A stretch of 64,000 nt of DNA from the NCBI RefSeq assembly GCF_009914755.1, contig NC_060932.1, one strand, 5' to 3'. The position numbers were made by a program, and so were the translations under genes. This stretch comes from the human T2T-CHM13v2.0 reference genome, Homo sapiens. The notes below the pieces were generated by a model. The model made no database searches and was not told where the DNA came from. It worked only from the letters and a program-made list of their open reading frames with translations. Shown here piece after piece: positions 37,986-51,434 of the stretch; position 1 is the first letter of the stretch; every line of letters begins with the position of its first letter.

Positions 37986-38357
37986 ATTCAGCATCATGTT
38001 GCTTCAAATTCCTTATTTCACTCCTCCACCTTTTGTCCAACAGTAGATTTTTTCCAAGTGCATGTAGTGTCATGTTTCTTCTCTCCATCTGACTACTTGA
38101 AAGCCTTCAGTCATTCCCTATTACTTAAAGGATTAGGCTTATGTAGTTCCTTTTTTACTTGCCAGCTTCACATTATTGCCAATCTTTGAATGCCATATTT
38201 CAGTTATATTGATTTTTTTTTGCAATTACTCATTTCATACTTTTACCTTCATGATTTGCACATGATGATATACTCTCTGTTTAGAATGCCCTTTTCTTAC
38301 TTTTTCATTTGGTTTTACTCCATTTTTCTTAACAGCATTAACTAAGATATAACCTTC

Positions 38358-38485
38358 TGATGAACATCATTTATCATCTGAGTGAGGACATGTTTAAAGT
38401 GAATTAAGACTATTAAAAAATATATCAGGACAACAAGTGTAAACAAGGACTATTCAGGGCAACTAGGGCTTATGGACATTACACT
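38358..38485. mobile_element. hAT-Blackjack MITE (MER94/MER81-like) within an L2 fragment
   Basis: ATTTATCATC..GGACAACAAGTGTAAACAAGGACTATTCAGGGCAA. Confidence 0.5.
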
Positions 38486-39099
38486 GATGAAGGTTTCCCA
38501 TCTTCCAATTTGAGTAAGGTACTCTTTTCTGTTGCTGTATTTTTATAAATGATATGTGATTTAAGTGGCCTACTAAAATTAATGCCTTTTGGATATTCAT
38601 TGCAATAGAATATAAAATTGTTGAAGATGAGGGCTTTATTTTGATCCTCTTTGTATCACTTCCCAAGTTTAACTCATTGTAACACTGTACAATAATTTGT
38701 TTAATGAATGAACTCAACATGCATTTTCAATAAGCTAACTATAGCAGGAGAGGGCAGGTTTATGGGACCATGGTTTAGTATGTAAAGGTGCTAGTACTTG
38801 GTACTGACACAACTTATATAAAAGGGATGACCAAATTAGTGGAGGTTAATTTACTGGCAAGGCTAAGAATTAGGGTTTGGTCTCAGGAGGAATATTATCT
38901 GGTTTGAGATATGGTTTTATACTTGTATTATAACTGGATTAATGGGAAGAACTTACTGAGGTTACAGTGATGAGCAAAGGGAAGAATAAGACGAACATGC
39001 AGTCCAGAAATTTTGGCCGGTGTCTGAGCTAGTATTAGATCCTTCTTATAGTAAATTTAAACATTTCAAAATAATAGCATAAAAGAATAACAAATTCTT

Positions 39100-42000
39100 G
39101 GAGAGATTGGGGGAAGATGGTAGATAGGAGACAGGAGTAATGTGCAGTCCTCACATGGACAGACAGAACAGCATGTGGAGACTCACACCATGATCTTTGC
39201 TCCAAGAACAACTGCAGGAATGTACCAGGAACACCAAAAAATGCAAGATATTTTGAAAGAAATGACACATCACTGCAAATTCCATGAAACAGGCAAGTCC
39301 CCACAGTGTGAGGGGGGAGAATCTACCTCTGAACACACAGCCCTACCGGGGAATCTAAAAGTCCGGATTATGGGAGACGGATTTAACCTTACCTAGAGAC
39401 TAAACAGATTTAGGGAGTCACACTAAATATAAAAGTATAAGCACCAGTAGGAAGTGCTTTGGACACACTCTCAGTCTCCAGCTCAAACCCAGGGAAGCTG
39501 TCCCTGACTATATCTCACAGGGGCCCTCAGGGAAGGCAGCCAGCAGAACTGGGGAGGGGTTGCCAGGTGAAGGAAGCTCCCAACTGGAATTGGTAGTGGC
39601 TCCCACTTGGCACAAATTTCCTTGAGTGGAGTCTGGGGGACTAGCCAGAGCTGCTGTGGATATGAATGAGCGCAGGAGTACAGTAGTGGCCAAACAGGGA
39701 GAGGCAAGGTCCAAAAGCTGTGCTTGCTTTCTCAGCAGGGTATCTCACAGCCTGGGGCAAGGTCTGAGTGGAGCACTGCCAGAACAAGACTGGCCTCACT
39801 ACCTGCATGGGAACTGGGTGAGGCCTCTCAAAAATGGTTATCCCTGACTTCCCTGGCAAACTATATGATCAGAGCAGAGACAGCCAAGATCTCCTCTGGA
39901 ACATAACCCCATTGGCCTGAGAAGCAACCCCCCACCCCATAGTAGCCACAGAAAGTGCCCCACCCAAGGAGAGTCTGTGCCAAGCCTTGCCTAATCCTGC
40001 CCCCATCTGATGGTATTTCCCTGACGCCCTGGTAGCCAAACACAAAGCATAGGCACCCTTGGGAGCTTTAAGGCCCTGCCCATTGCCTGAGAAACCAAAA
40101 TACTTACCTTGGCCGTCTTAGGGCAAGCCTAGAGCTCCTGACTACTACCACAGCTGGTGCTCTCTTGAAAGTGCCACCTCCTGGTTGGAGGCCAAGCAAC
40201 TCAGGCCATTGTGACACTTCATGACAGAATGACCCTGATCTCAAGAAGGAGAAGACAACACCTAATTCTACTGTCTGCAACATCCTGGCTAACCAGAGGT
40301 CCTGAGCATGTCCACATGACAACTTCACTGCTATCATAACCAGCATTCAAGAAAGCCAGACCACTAAACATACCTACAACCAAGGATTCTCACAGAGTCT
40401 ACTTCACTTCCCTGCCACCTCCATCAGAGAAGGTGCTGGTATCAGTGGCTGGGAGACCTGAAGATGGATCACATTATGGGAATCCTTGCAGACATTCCTC
40501 AACACCAGCCCAGAGCCTGGTAACCCTGCTGGGTGGCTAGACCCAGAAGAGCAATAACAATCACTGCAGTCCAGCTCTCAAGAATCCCCATTGTAGGGGA
40601 AGGGGGACAGCACCACATCAAAGGATCACCCTGTGGGACAAGAGAATCTGAACAGCAGTCCTTGAGTTTCAGACTTCTCCAATGAAATGGTGTGCCCAAA
40701 TAAGAAGAAACCAGAATAGTAATTCTGGTACTATGACCAAATAGGTTCTATAACACCCCCAAAAGATTACACCAGCTCCCCAGCAATGAATCTAAATAAG
40801 AAGAAATCTCTGAACTGCCAGAAAATGAATCCAAAGGGTCAATTATTAAGGTACTCAAGGAGATACCAGAGTAAAGTGAAAAACAAGTTAAAGAAATTTT
40901 TAAAAATTACAGGATATGGATGAAACATTATCCAAAGAAATCGATATCATAAAGAAAAAACAACTTCTGGAAATGAAAGATACACTTAGATAAATACAAA
41001 ATGCAGTGGAAAGTTTCAGCAATAGACTACAACAAGTAGAAGAAAGAAATTCCAAGCTTCAAAACAAGGTTTTCAAATAAACCCAATCAGGCCAAGACAA
41101 AGAAAAGGGAATTTAAAAAAATGAACAAAGCTTCCAAAAAATTTGCGATTATATTCAATGGCCAAACCTAAGCATATTTGATGTTCCTGAGGAAAAAGAG
41201 AAATCTAAAAGTTTAGCAAACTTATTTGAGAGAGTAATTGAGGAAAACTTCCCTGGCCTTGTTAGAGATCTAAAAATCCCAACACAAGAAGCTCAAAGAA
41301 GATGTTGGAAATTCATTGCAAAAAGATTATAACCTAGGCACATAGTCATCATGTTGTCTTAAGTCAAGACAAAGGAAAATATCTTGAGCTGTGAGACAAA
41401 AGCATCAGATAACTGATAAAGGGAAACCTATCAGATTAACAGAAGATTTTCACCAGAAACCTTATAAGCCTGAAGGGATTGGGGTCCCATCTTTGGCTTC
41501 CTGAAGTAAAATAATTGTCAGTCAAGAATTTTGTATCCAGCAAAACTAAGCTTCATAAATGAAGGAGAGAAAAAATCTTTTTCAGACAAACAAATGCTGA
41601 GAAAATTTGCCACTACCAAGCCAACACTCCAAGAAATGCTAAAAGAAGTTGTAAATCTTGAAATGAAACTTTGAAATATACCAAAATAGAACCTCCTTAA
41701 GGCATAAATCTCACAGGGCCTATGAAACAGTTACACAATGGAGGAAAAAAACAAGGTATTGAGGCAACAACTAACATGATGAATAGAACAATATTTCACA
41801 TCTCAATACTAACGTTAAATGTAAATGGCCTAAATGCTCCAGTTAAAAGATACAGAATAGCAGAATGAATAAAAACTCACTAACCAAGTATCTGCTGTTT
41901 TCAAGGGACTCACCTAACACATAAGGACTTACATAAACTTAAGGTAAAGGGGTGAAAAAAGATATTCCATGCAAATGAAAACCAAATGCAAGCAGGAATA

Positions 42001-45000
42001 ACTATTCTCACATCAGACAAAACAGACTTTAAAGCAACAACAGTTAAAAAAAAAAAAAAAGACAGAGAGGCCAGGCGCAGTGGCTCACACCTATAATCCC
42101 AGCACTTTGGGAGGCTGAGGCAGGCCGATCACAAGGTCAGGACTCAACAGATATTTACAGAATATTTTACCCAACAACTTCAGTGTATACATATTTTTAT
42201 TCAGCACATGGAACATTCTCCAAGATAGACCATATGATAGGTTACAAAACAAGTCTCAATAAGTTTAAGAAAATCAAAATTATATTATATATCCTCTCAG
42301 ACCACAGTGGAATAAAATTGAATAATAACTTTAAAAGGAATCCTTAAAACTATACAAATACATGGAAATTATATAATCTGCTCTTGATTTTTGGGTCAAC
42401 AAGATCAACATGGAAATTAAAAAAATATTTGAGGTGAATGATAACAGTGACACAACTTACCAAAACCTCTGGGATACAACAAAAGTGGTGTTAAGAGGAA
42501 AGCTCATAGCATTAAATGCCTACATCAAAAAGTCTGAAAGAGTGCAAATAGACGATCTAAGGTCACACCCCAAGGAACTAGAGAAACAAGAAGAAATCAA
42601 ACCCAAACCCAGCAGAAGAAAACAAATAACAAAGATCAGAGCAGAACTACATGAAATTGAATACAAAATACAAAAAGATAAATGAAATGAAAAGCTGGTT
42701 CTTTGAAAAAATGAATGGAATTGATAGACCATTAGTGAGATTAACCAAGAAAAGAAGAGAGAAGGTCCAAATAAGCTCAATTAGAAATGAAATGGGAGTT
42801 ATTACAACCAATACTACGAAAACAGAAAAGATCATTGAAGGCTACTACAAACACCTTTACATACACAAACTAGAAAATCTAGAGGAGATGGATAAATTAC
42901 TGGAAAAAATACAACCCTTCCAGATTAAATCAGGAAGAAATGGAAACTCTGAACAGACCAATAACAAGTAGCAAGATTGAAATAGTAATAAAATTGCCAA
43001 GAAAAAAAAGTCCAGGACCAGACAAGTTCACAGCTGAATTTTATCAGAAATTCAAAGAAGAATTCATACCAAACTTAGTGAAACTATTCCAAAAGATAGA
43101 AAAAGAGGGAGTTCTCCCTAAATCATACTATGAAGACAGTATTACCCTAATACCAAAACCAGGAAAGGATGTAACAAAAAAAAGAAAACTATAGACCAAT
43201 ATCCCTGATGAACATAAATGCAGAAATCCTCAGCAAAATACTAGCTAATCAAATCCAACATATCAAAAAGATAATAAACCGTGAGTAAGTGGGATTCATA
43301 ACCGTGATGCAGAGATGGTTTAACATATACAAGTCAATAAATGTGATACATCACATAAACAGAATTAAAAACCAGAATTATCAGATTGTCTCAATAGATG
43401 CAGAAAAAGCATTTGACAAAAATCCAGCAACCCCTTATGATTAAAACTCTCAGGAAAATTGAAATAGAAAGAACATAACCTCAAAGCAATAAAAGCCATC
43501 TATGACAAACCCACAGCCAAACTTATACTGAACAGGGAAAAGTTGAAAGCATTCCCTGTGAGAATTGGAATAAGACAAAGATGCCCACTTTCACCACTTC
43601 TATTCAACATAATACTGGAAGTCCTAGCCAGAGTAATCAGACAAGAGAAAGAAATCAAGGGCATCCAATCAGTAAGGAGGAAGTCAAACTGTCACTGTTC
43701 ACCAATGATATGATCATATCCCTAGAAAACCCTAAAGACTCATGCAAAAAGCTCCCAGATGTGATAAATGAATTCAGTAATGTTTTGGGATACAAATTCT
43801 GTGTACACAAATCAGTAGCACTGCTATACCAAGGCAAAACTGCAAGAAATGCTAAAAGAAGTTCTAAATCTTGAAACTTCAACACCAAAAACAACCAAGC
43901 TGAGAATAAAATCAAGAACTCTATCCCTTTTACAACAGCTGAAAACAAACAAACGAACAAAAAAACTTGGATATATACCAAACCGAGGAGGTAAAAGATC
44001 TCTACAAAGAAAACTACAAAATACTGCTGAAAGAAATTATTGATGACACAAACAAACGGAAACACAAATGGAAATATGAAATCAATATTGATTCTACCCA
44101 TCCCATGCTTATGGATGGGTAGAATCAATATTGTAATAATGCCCATATTGTCAAAAGTAATCTACAGATTCAATGCAATTCCCATCAAAGTACCATCATC
44201 ACTCTTCACAAAACTAGAAAAAAACAATCCTAAAGTACATATGGAATCAAAATAGACCCTGCATAGCCAAAGCAAGACTAAGCAAATAGAACAAATCTGG
44301 AGGCATCACATTACCCAACTTCAAACTATACTACAAGGCTATGGGCCATGGTTACCAAAACAGCATAATACTGGTATAAAAATAGGCACATAGACCAATG
44401 GAACAGAATTGAGAACTCAGAAATAAAGCCAAATACTTACAGCCAACTGATCTTTGACAAAGCAGACAAAAATATAAAGGGGGGGAAAGGACACCCTATT
44501 CAACAAATGATGCTGGGATAATTGAAAAGCCACATGTAGAAGAATGAAACTGGATCCTCATTTCTCACCTTATACAAAATTCAACTCAAGATGGATCAAA
44601 GACTTAAATATAAGACCTGAAAGCATAAAAATTCTAGAAGATAACATCAGTAGAACTCTTCTAGTTGTTGGCATAGGCAAAGACTTCATGACCAAGAACC
44701 CAAAAGCAAATGCAACAAAAACAAAAATAAATAGATGGGATGTAACTAAACTAAAAAACTTCTGCACAGCAAAAGAAATAATCAGCAGAGTAAACAGACA
44801 ACCCACAGAATGTGAGAAAATATTTGCAAAGTATGCATCCCACAAAGAACTAATATTCAGAAACTGCAAGGAACTCAAACAAATCAGCAAGAAAAAAACA
44901 AATAACCCCATCAAAAAGCGGGCAAAGGACATGAATAGATAATTCTCAAAAGAAGATATACAAATGGTCAGCAGACATATGAAAAAATACTCAACATCAC

Positions 45001-45745
45001 TAATTATTAGGGAAATGAAAATTAAAGCTGTAATGTGATACTATCTCACTCCTGCAAGAATGGCCATAATTTAAAAATAAAAAAAAAATAGATGTTGGTG
45101 TGGATGTGGTAAAAACCAAACACTTTTACTCTGCTTGTAGGAATGAAACTGATACAACCACTATGGAAAACAGTGTGGAAATTCCTTAAAGAACTAAAAG
45201 TAGAACTACCATTTGATCCAGCAATCCCACTACTGGGTATCTACCCAGAGAAAAGGAATTAATTATATGAAAAAGACACTTGCACGCACATGTTTATAGT
45301 TACAACATTTGCAATTGCAAAAACATGAAACCAGCCCAAGTGCCCATCAATCAATGAGTGCATATAACAAATGTGATATATATACACCATGGAATACTAT
45401 TCAGTCATAAAAAGGAACGAAATAATGGCATTTGCAGCAAGTTGGATGGGATTGGAGACCATTATTCTAGGTGAAGTAACTCAGGACTGGCAAACCAAAT
45501 ATTCCTTGTTCTCACTTATAAGTGGGAGCTAAACTATGAGGATGCAAAGACATAAGAATGATATAATGGACTTTGGGGATTTGGGGGGAAGTAGTGGGGG
45601 AGGATGAGAGATAAAAGTTTACACATTGGGCAGTGTACACTGCTTGGGTGATGAGGGCACCAAAATCTCAGAAATTACCACTATAGAACTTATCTATGTA
45701 ACAAAAAACCATCTGTTTTCCCAAAACTATTGAAATTAAAAAAAA
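39100..45745 (+). mobile_element. Full-length degenerate L1PB (L1PBa 5' end, L1PB1-like 3' end)
   Basis: 5' GGAAGATGGTAGATAGGAGACAGG; ORF1 remnant about 40700-41690; ORF2 fragments ([31 protein letters not shown]); 3'UTR CTATGAGGATGCAAAGACATAAGAATGAT; many stops and frameshifts. Confidence 0.92.
42069..42142 (+). mobile_element. Alu 5' stub (74 bp) fused to downstream L1 sequence
   Basis: GGCCAGGCGCAGTGGCTCAC..CAAGGTCAGGA followed directly by L1 CTCAACAGATATTTACAG. Confidence 0.9.
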
Positions 45746-47304
45746 ATTTTTTTCTCTGTATTCTGATTGCTTTTTCTATGTGTACATACAGTAGAGATAA
45801 TGTGCAAAGGGCTCTATTATATGTCCTTGCTATCACATCATACTATAGGTGTGTGTGTTGATATCTATGCCAGTTTTTCCTATTAAGCCATATACTATGT
45901 GCAGGATAGGGGACTCTGTCTTGTACATGCTTTTTACTCTCCCCACTGAATCCATTGTTATGTCTGACATATAGTAGGCATTAACTTCATTAAATAAATA
46001 AAAAGTTCTCCTTATTTAAGTCAGTTTACTTTCTATGTTTTGGCCCACCAGATGATTGATTGCATTCCACTAAATATGATTATGTGTTCAATGAACAAAA
46101 ATAGAATTATGTCTGTTTTTGGTTAACTGATCAATTAATATTTCTATTACTGTATTATAAGCTTTATGAGGGCAAAGGTTATGTCTATTGTGTATTTCTA
46201 TGTCCCTTGTGGTGAATACAGTAATTATGAATAAATGTTGAATAAATGAATGAATAAATTGGAATGCAGAAATTTTGGGTTGGGTTTTCTAAATTCTTTG
46301 TGGAGTCCTCTTCATGTGATATTTTTCTTCAGGGATGTCCTCTATTCTTTGAACAGTTCTGGTGGCTAAAAAGTCAGTTCTTGCCTATAGTATAGAAAAT
46401 GCCCCACTTTCCTTGGTGCCACTTTTATGACTCTGGCTGTTTTTTCCTCTAAGGTGGTGTTAGTGGAGGCTTCAATTCAGAGTTAATTAATTCATATTTT
46501 ATAGATTGAGAATAAGCCTACAAGTGTTATGAAGTGGATTATTTTTAGCATTCTCTCAACTCCTGGGCTTTGTATCTCACTACTCACATCCTTATTCTAA
46601 AATCTCAGTGAAGTGACTAGTACCCTCTCTTCCTCCCACACCTGACCTACTCTCTCTGATAAACACTTCACGTTTTAGAATTATGGCTCCTTGATTTCAT
46701 AATTCTCATATATTGGAATTATGGCTCCTTGATTCCCAGTGAGAGTGTGGGAAGAGGGATGCAAACCTCAGGTTTGAGCCTAAGCTTTTATAAACAGATA
46801 GAAACACAGTATGTTTACTGGGTGAATGAATGAATCAGTGGAGACCAAAATAAAGATAAATGATGCATAAGATCTTAGACAGAATTTATCAAGTAGCACT
46901 CAGGAGTGAAAGTCATACTTTCCTGAAGTTGTATATTTCTAGCTAGTTGTTTGGTTTGTGATAGATAATGAATTTCTTTTTCTTTTTAAGAAGCTAATTT
47001 CTACTCTGGATACTCAAAAAAGTATGGAATTAATTTAAAAATTACACATTGGTTTTATTTCAAATAGTCTTTAGATCTAAGAATCTGTGTTTATGTCTAA
47101 CTCAAGTATGAGTGATTGTCTTCCTCTTTTCCTACTTTTCGCTATTGTAAAGTCACTCTTCACACAGTTTCTCAGTTAGATCACATTCTGAAGAGGAGAG
47201 AAAATACTTGAACTCGTCTAGAAAAAAACATACCTAATACTCAAGTATTTAGTTCACATACAAACGACATTATTTTCTAGTACAAAAATTATAGGACATT
47301 ATTC

Positions 47305-48290
47305 AGCCTAATGATTTATTCAACAAGTATTCCTTGAATGCATATTATGTTAGGATACTATATCATGGTGTTGGATATAGAGGAGGATGTAAAGTTGAAC
47401 AAGAGTTCTTTGAGAATCTTTCGTCTGGTGAAGAAGACAGATACAATTCAACTGCTATTAAACGAGCAGGGAAGTAGGATGGTTTTTTTTTCTTATTAAG
47501 AAGACCACAGACAGAAAAATGTTCATCATGAACAGAAGTAAAATTATTTCATTCGGAGGAAACAAAACACAAATAAAGTTAAAGAATATATGATTTGCCG
47601 GGTATGGTAGCTCACACCTGTAATCCCAGCACTTTGGGAGGCTGAAGTGGGTGGATGCTTGAGCTCAGGAGTTTGAGACCATCCCAGGCAACATGGTGAA
47701 ACCTCATCTGTACAAAAAATACAAAAAATAGCTGGACTTGGTGGCACATGCCTGTGGTCCCAGCTACTTGGGAAGCTGAGGTGGGAGGATCCCTTGAGCC
47801 CAGGAAGCAGAGTTGCAATGAACTAAGATCATGTCAGTGCACTCCAGCCTGGGCAACAGATTGAGACCCTGTCTTTTAAAAAAAGAAAAAAAAAAGAATA
47901 TATGATTTGTTTGAGAAGCAATAAGAAAGACTGAGTGGCTGGAAAGTAAAGGAGTGGGCCATGTGGGAGCAGAGTGGTTTCATTTGGAGTTTCACCAAAG
48001 ATGACAGTGACAACATGAATAACAATGATAACGTGATGTGATAAAGGATTACCTACAGTAAGGGAAGACTGAAAAAGAGTGACACAGTTAATACTCGATC
48101 CAGGGCATGATAAACATTTGAGGAACAGCACTGGCCATGAAATGGAGAGGAAAGGGAAGTGTGGAATTTGTTTCTGAGATGAAACCATCTTGTGTGTGTG
48201 TTAAAGGCGACTGAGGATTTCAGGGTGGCTCCACCAGTCCTGACTTCTGGGCTGCCTGAATGCCATGATCTTTTTGGCATGATGCTTTTT
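47305..48290 (-). mobile_element. L2 (interrupted by AluJ)
   Basis: ATTTATTCAACAAGTATT 3' end; GGATTTCAGGGTGGCTCC..TTCTGG. Confidence 0.65.
47597..47891 (+). mobile_element. AluJ
   Basis: GGGAGGATCCCTTGAGCCCAGGA diagnostic; TSD AAAGAATATATGATTT. Confidence 0.93.
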
Positions 48291-48634
48291 CCTTTACAGT
48301 GTATATCTTACAATAATATATGGTAACTCTAGAATATTATCTAGGCATATTCACACCTAAGGGAAGGTGTGATAATTTTACCCATATTGGTAGTGATAGT
48401 GAAATTTTCAGCCTGGAAAAGATACATTTCCTTCATGAATCTCATGTATTAAGTAAAAGTTACTAGTAGTCAGTGATATTTCATGTCCTTCTTTTTCTGA
48501 TAATAACTGGAAAACAAAAGTCAATTTGTTTTTAGAAATCATCAAATAAATTCTATTCACATTACAACATAGTTCTCACTGTTATGGTAGTTTCAGTTGG
48601 GCAGGATGAGCTATTCTATATTCATATGGAATTC

Positions 48635-48769
48635 CCTTACCAGAAGCCAAGCAGATGCTGAAGCCATGCTTGTACAGCCTTCAGAACTGTGAGCCAAATA
48701 AACCTATTTTCTTTATAAATTGCCCAGCCTTGTGTATTCCTTTATAGCAATGCAAAAAGGATTAACACA
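48635..48769 (+). mobile_element. MSTB-like LTR 3' fragment
   Basis: GCCATGCTTGTACAGCCTTCAGAACTGTGAGCCAAATAAACC. Confidence 0.75.
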
Positions 48770-48960
48770 GGAATATACATATATTAGTTCATTAGTTCAT
48801 TTGTTAGTTTGTTCATTTTTTAGCATCTATACTATCTCCAAAAAAACAGTTAATTAGGAGTCAGGACCTGAATTCTGTTCAGCTTCTGCTAGGAATTCTT
48901 ATAAAGCTTGCCCAAGTTATCATTGTAGCTGAAGTTGTAGATAATCTATTTATATATATA

Positions 48961-49063
48961 TGTAACTTTTTAGCCTAAACCTTACCTCCTACCTCTTCTT
49001 TCTCCAGGGTGCATATATATATGAAGAAGAGGTAGGAGGTAAAGTTCAGGCTAAAAGGTTACA
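48961..49063. repeat. 40-bp inverted repeat, 23-nt loop
   Basis: 48961-49000 vs reverse complement of 49024-49063: 37/40 identical. Confidence 0.95.
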
Positions 49064-49287
49064 AGGAACTAAATGAAAACTTAAATAAAAAGATCTTGGA
49101 ATAAAGAATTCTGAGTTATATTTTTTGTATTGTCAATGATTCATTGCCTCAGGTACCCAGTTTATCTGAACACTCTGAAGAAGCTGTTGAAATACATGAG
49201 CTCTAAAATAAAGTTCTAGAAAATTTTTATTTATTTAAACAACTCTACTTAATAATAGTCTATACATATTAACATGTTTATTGAATA

Positions 49288-49625
49288 CAGTCATCCCTCA
49301 GTATCCATGGGGCATTTGTTCCAAGACACCTATGGATATCAAAATTTGCAGATGCTCAATTCTCTTATACAAAATGATGTTACATAGTATTTATTTATAA
49401 CCAATGCACATCATTCTGCATAATTTAAATAATTTCTAGATTACTTAAAATATCTAATACAATGTAAATATTATATAAATAGTTTTTATAGTATATTGTT
49501 TTTCTATTTGTATTATTTTTATTGTTGTATTGTATTTTTTTCTTTTTCAAATACTTTCAAATATTTTTGATCAGCAGTGGGTAGAATCTGCAGATACAGA
49601 ATTCATAGATATGAAGGGCTGACTG
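49288..49625. mobile_element. MER2 (Tigger MITE) inserted in a MIR
   Basis: TIRs CAGTCATCCCTCAGTATCCATG / CATAGATATGAAGGGCTGACTG; TA TSD. Confidence 0.85.
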
Positions 49626-51369
49626 TATATCTTATGGGCTAGGCAATGTGTTCATGTATTGTTTCATACGCTTTTTCAACAACTCATTAGGAATTTTGAC
49701 TATCTCCACTTTACCGAAAAGAAAATTAGTTTTAGGGATTTCTAGCAAGATATTTCAAACAATAAGTGATAGAGCTGGGGTGTGTATATGTGTGCATGTG
49801 CACATGTGTTTATGGTCATATATGTATATTTATTGATTTTCTTATCCCTAGAAAAATTAATTGCCTAACACATAGATGCCCAAACAATCTTATTCAAATT
49901 AAATGATCTGAATAGTTAGAAACAGTATTGTTCTTGGACTTGTTGTGTATATGTCTGGGACTCTTGGTAGACAGCCTACATTTAGATTGTTATTTGGGAC
50001 AAAGCCAGCTTTCCTGGTCCAGGATGGTGGTTTAGGGGACAGCTCAGAAATGAAGAAAAAGAAAGCAATATAATCTGACCACCTAACCAAGCACTGAGTT
50101 GTTAGAAGAATAATTATATAAATGTGAGTTTTTTTAAATCAACTATACTGTTGCCCAGCCAAATATATATTAATTCTGAGCCTCTAAATTTTATTCTTTA
50201 CAGAAAACCACCACTGATCATCTTTTGTTTGTTGATTATTTTTAGTATACTAAAATTCAAATTTGGAGGCATAATTAAGTGTTTTGAATAATCAAGAGTT
50301 AAGAGTTAAAAAAAACAATAGGAAAAGTCACAGACTCTTATTTACAATTTCTCTCCCTATTTCCTATTGCTATCATGGATGTAATGTTCATGTTTTAATT
50401 ATTATGCCTACTCTTCCTCCCTGTTTTTGAATGTCACTGAGATATGTATCCCCAGGTGGTATAAGAAAACATGATAATCTCTTTCCTACTACTTACTATT
50501 TTTGGAAAAAGAATAATTTTTGAATTGATTTTGTAGTAACATCTGTCACAGCTTCCAATTCAGCTCTTCTTTAGAATTCTTGTTATCTAAAGAGTTATGT
50601 AACTTTTAAATGCTTTTTCAAAGCAAAACTGGAAAGTCACACCTGTCTTTATATGTTACTTCTTACCATTAGTGTCTTTTATTTTCACATTTTTCTTCTT
50701 TTTAAGGATTTGCCTTACTTGATTTTTTTAGGCATTTTTCAGGAAGCTGCTGGAGTGCTTTTCCTACTTTTTATGTAATGGATTCCTGCTGTCAATTTTT
50801 GGTACTAGAAATAACTCCATTGTTACTATCATACGTTTTTCACAAATTTATTCCCATATCATGATTGATGTGACAATTATAAATCTGGGAACCTTGGCTT
50901 AGTGACTGGGCAATTTTTGTTCAAATATTTGTCTTTCAATTTGTCCTTAATTTCTTTGGAAATAAAAAATGCACATAATAAAGTTGCCATGAAAACCTTA
51001 TGTCATTAATTGTCTTTGGATTAAATATATTGTGTATGGTTCTGGAAGGGAAAACAAAAGTCCATTGGGTGAATACTATATGTAGAAAGAGTAGATTTTT
51101 TGTGGGAATAACTCTATACAATTACAGCAGACAGAATTTTAAATGATAATCAATTTTACAACCTTAGGGATGTTTAAGAAGATATTGAATAATCTCTTGC
51201 CTAAGATGTGATAGAGGAGGTTTATATACATGTAATTTAAGCAGAGTTGAATTAAGGAATTTAAGTAATTGAATTAAGTAATTAAGTAATTTAGGATGTA
51301 TTTCTGGCTATATGTAAACATATTTGTAGTCATGTACCTATGTGTATATATACACATATTTATCTAAAT

Positions 51370-51434
51370 TGTGTGTGTGTGTGTATATATATATATATAC
51401 ACATACACACACACACACACACATATATATACAC
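51370..51434. repeat. (TG)n(TA)n(CA)n self-complementary microsatellite
   Basis: Direct reading. Confidence 0.9.

Noticed and set aside
39100-45745. Full-length L1 as a potentially active element
   Set aside because: Many stops and frameshifts, EN core deleted, CpG-depleted 5'UTR
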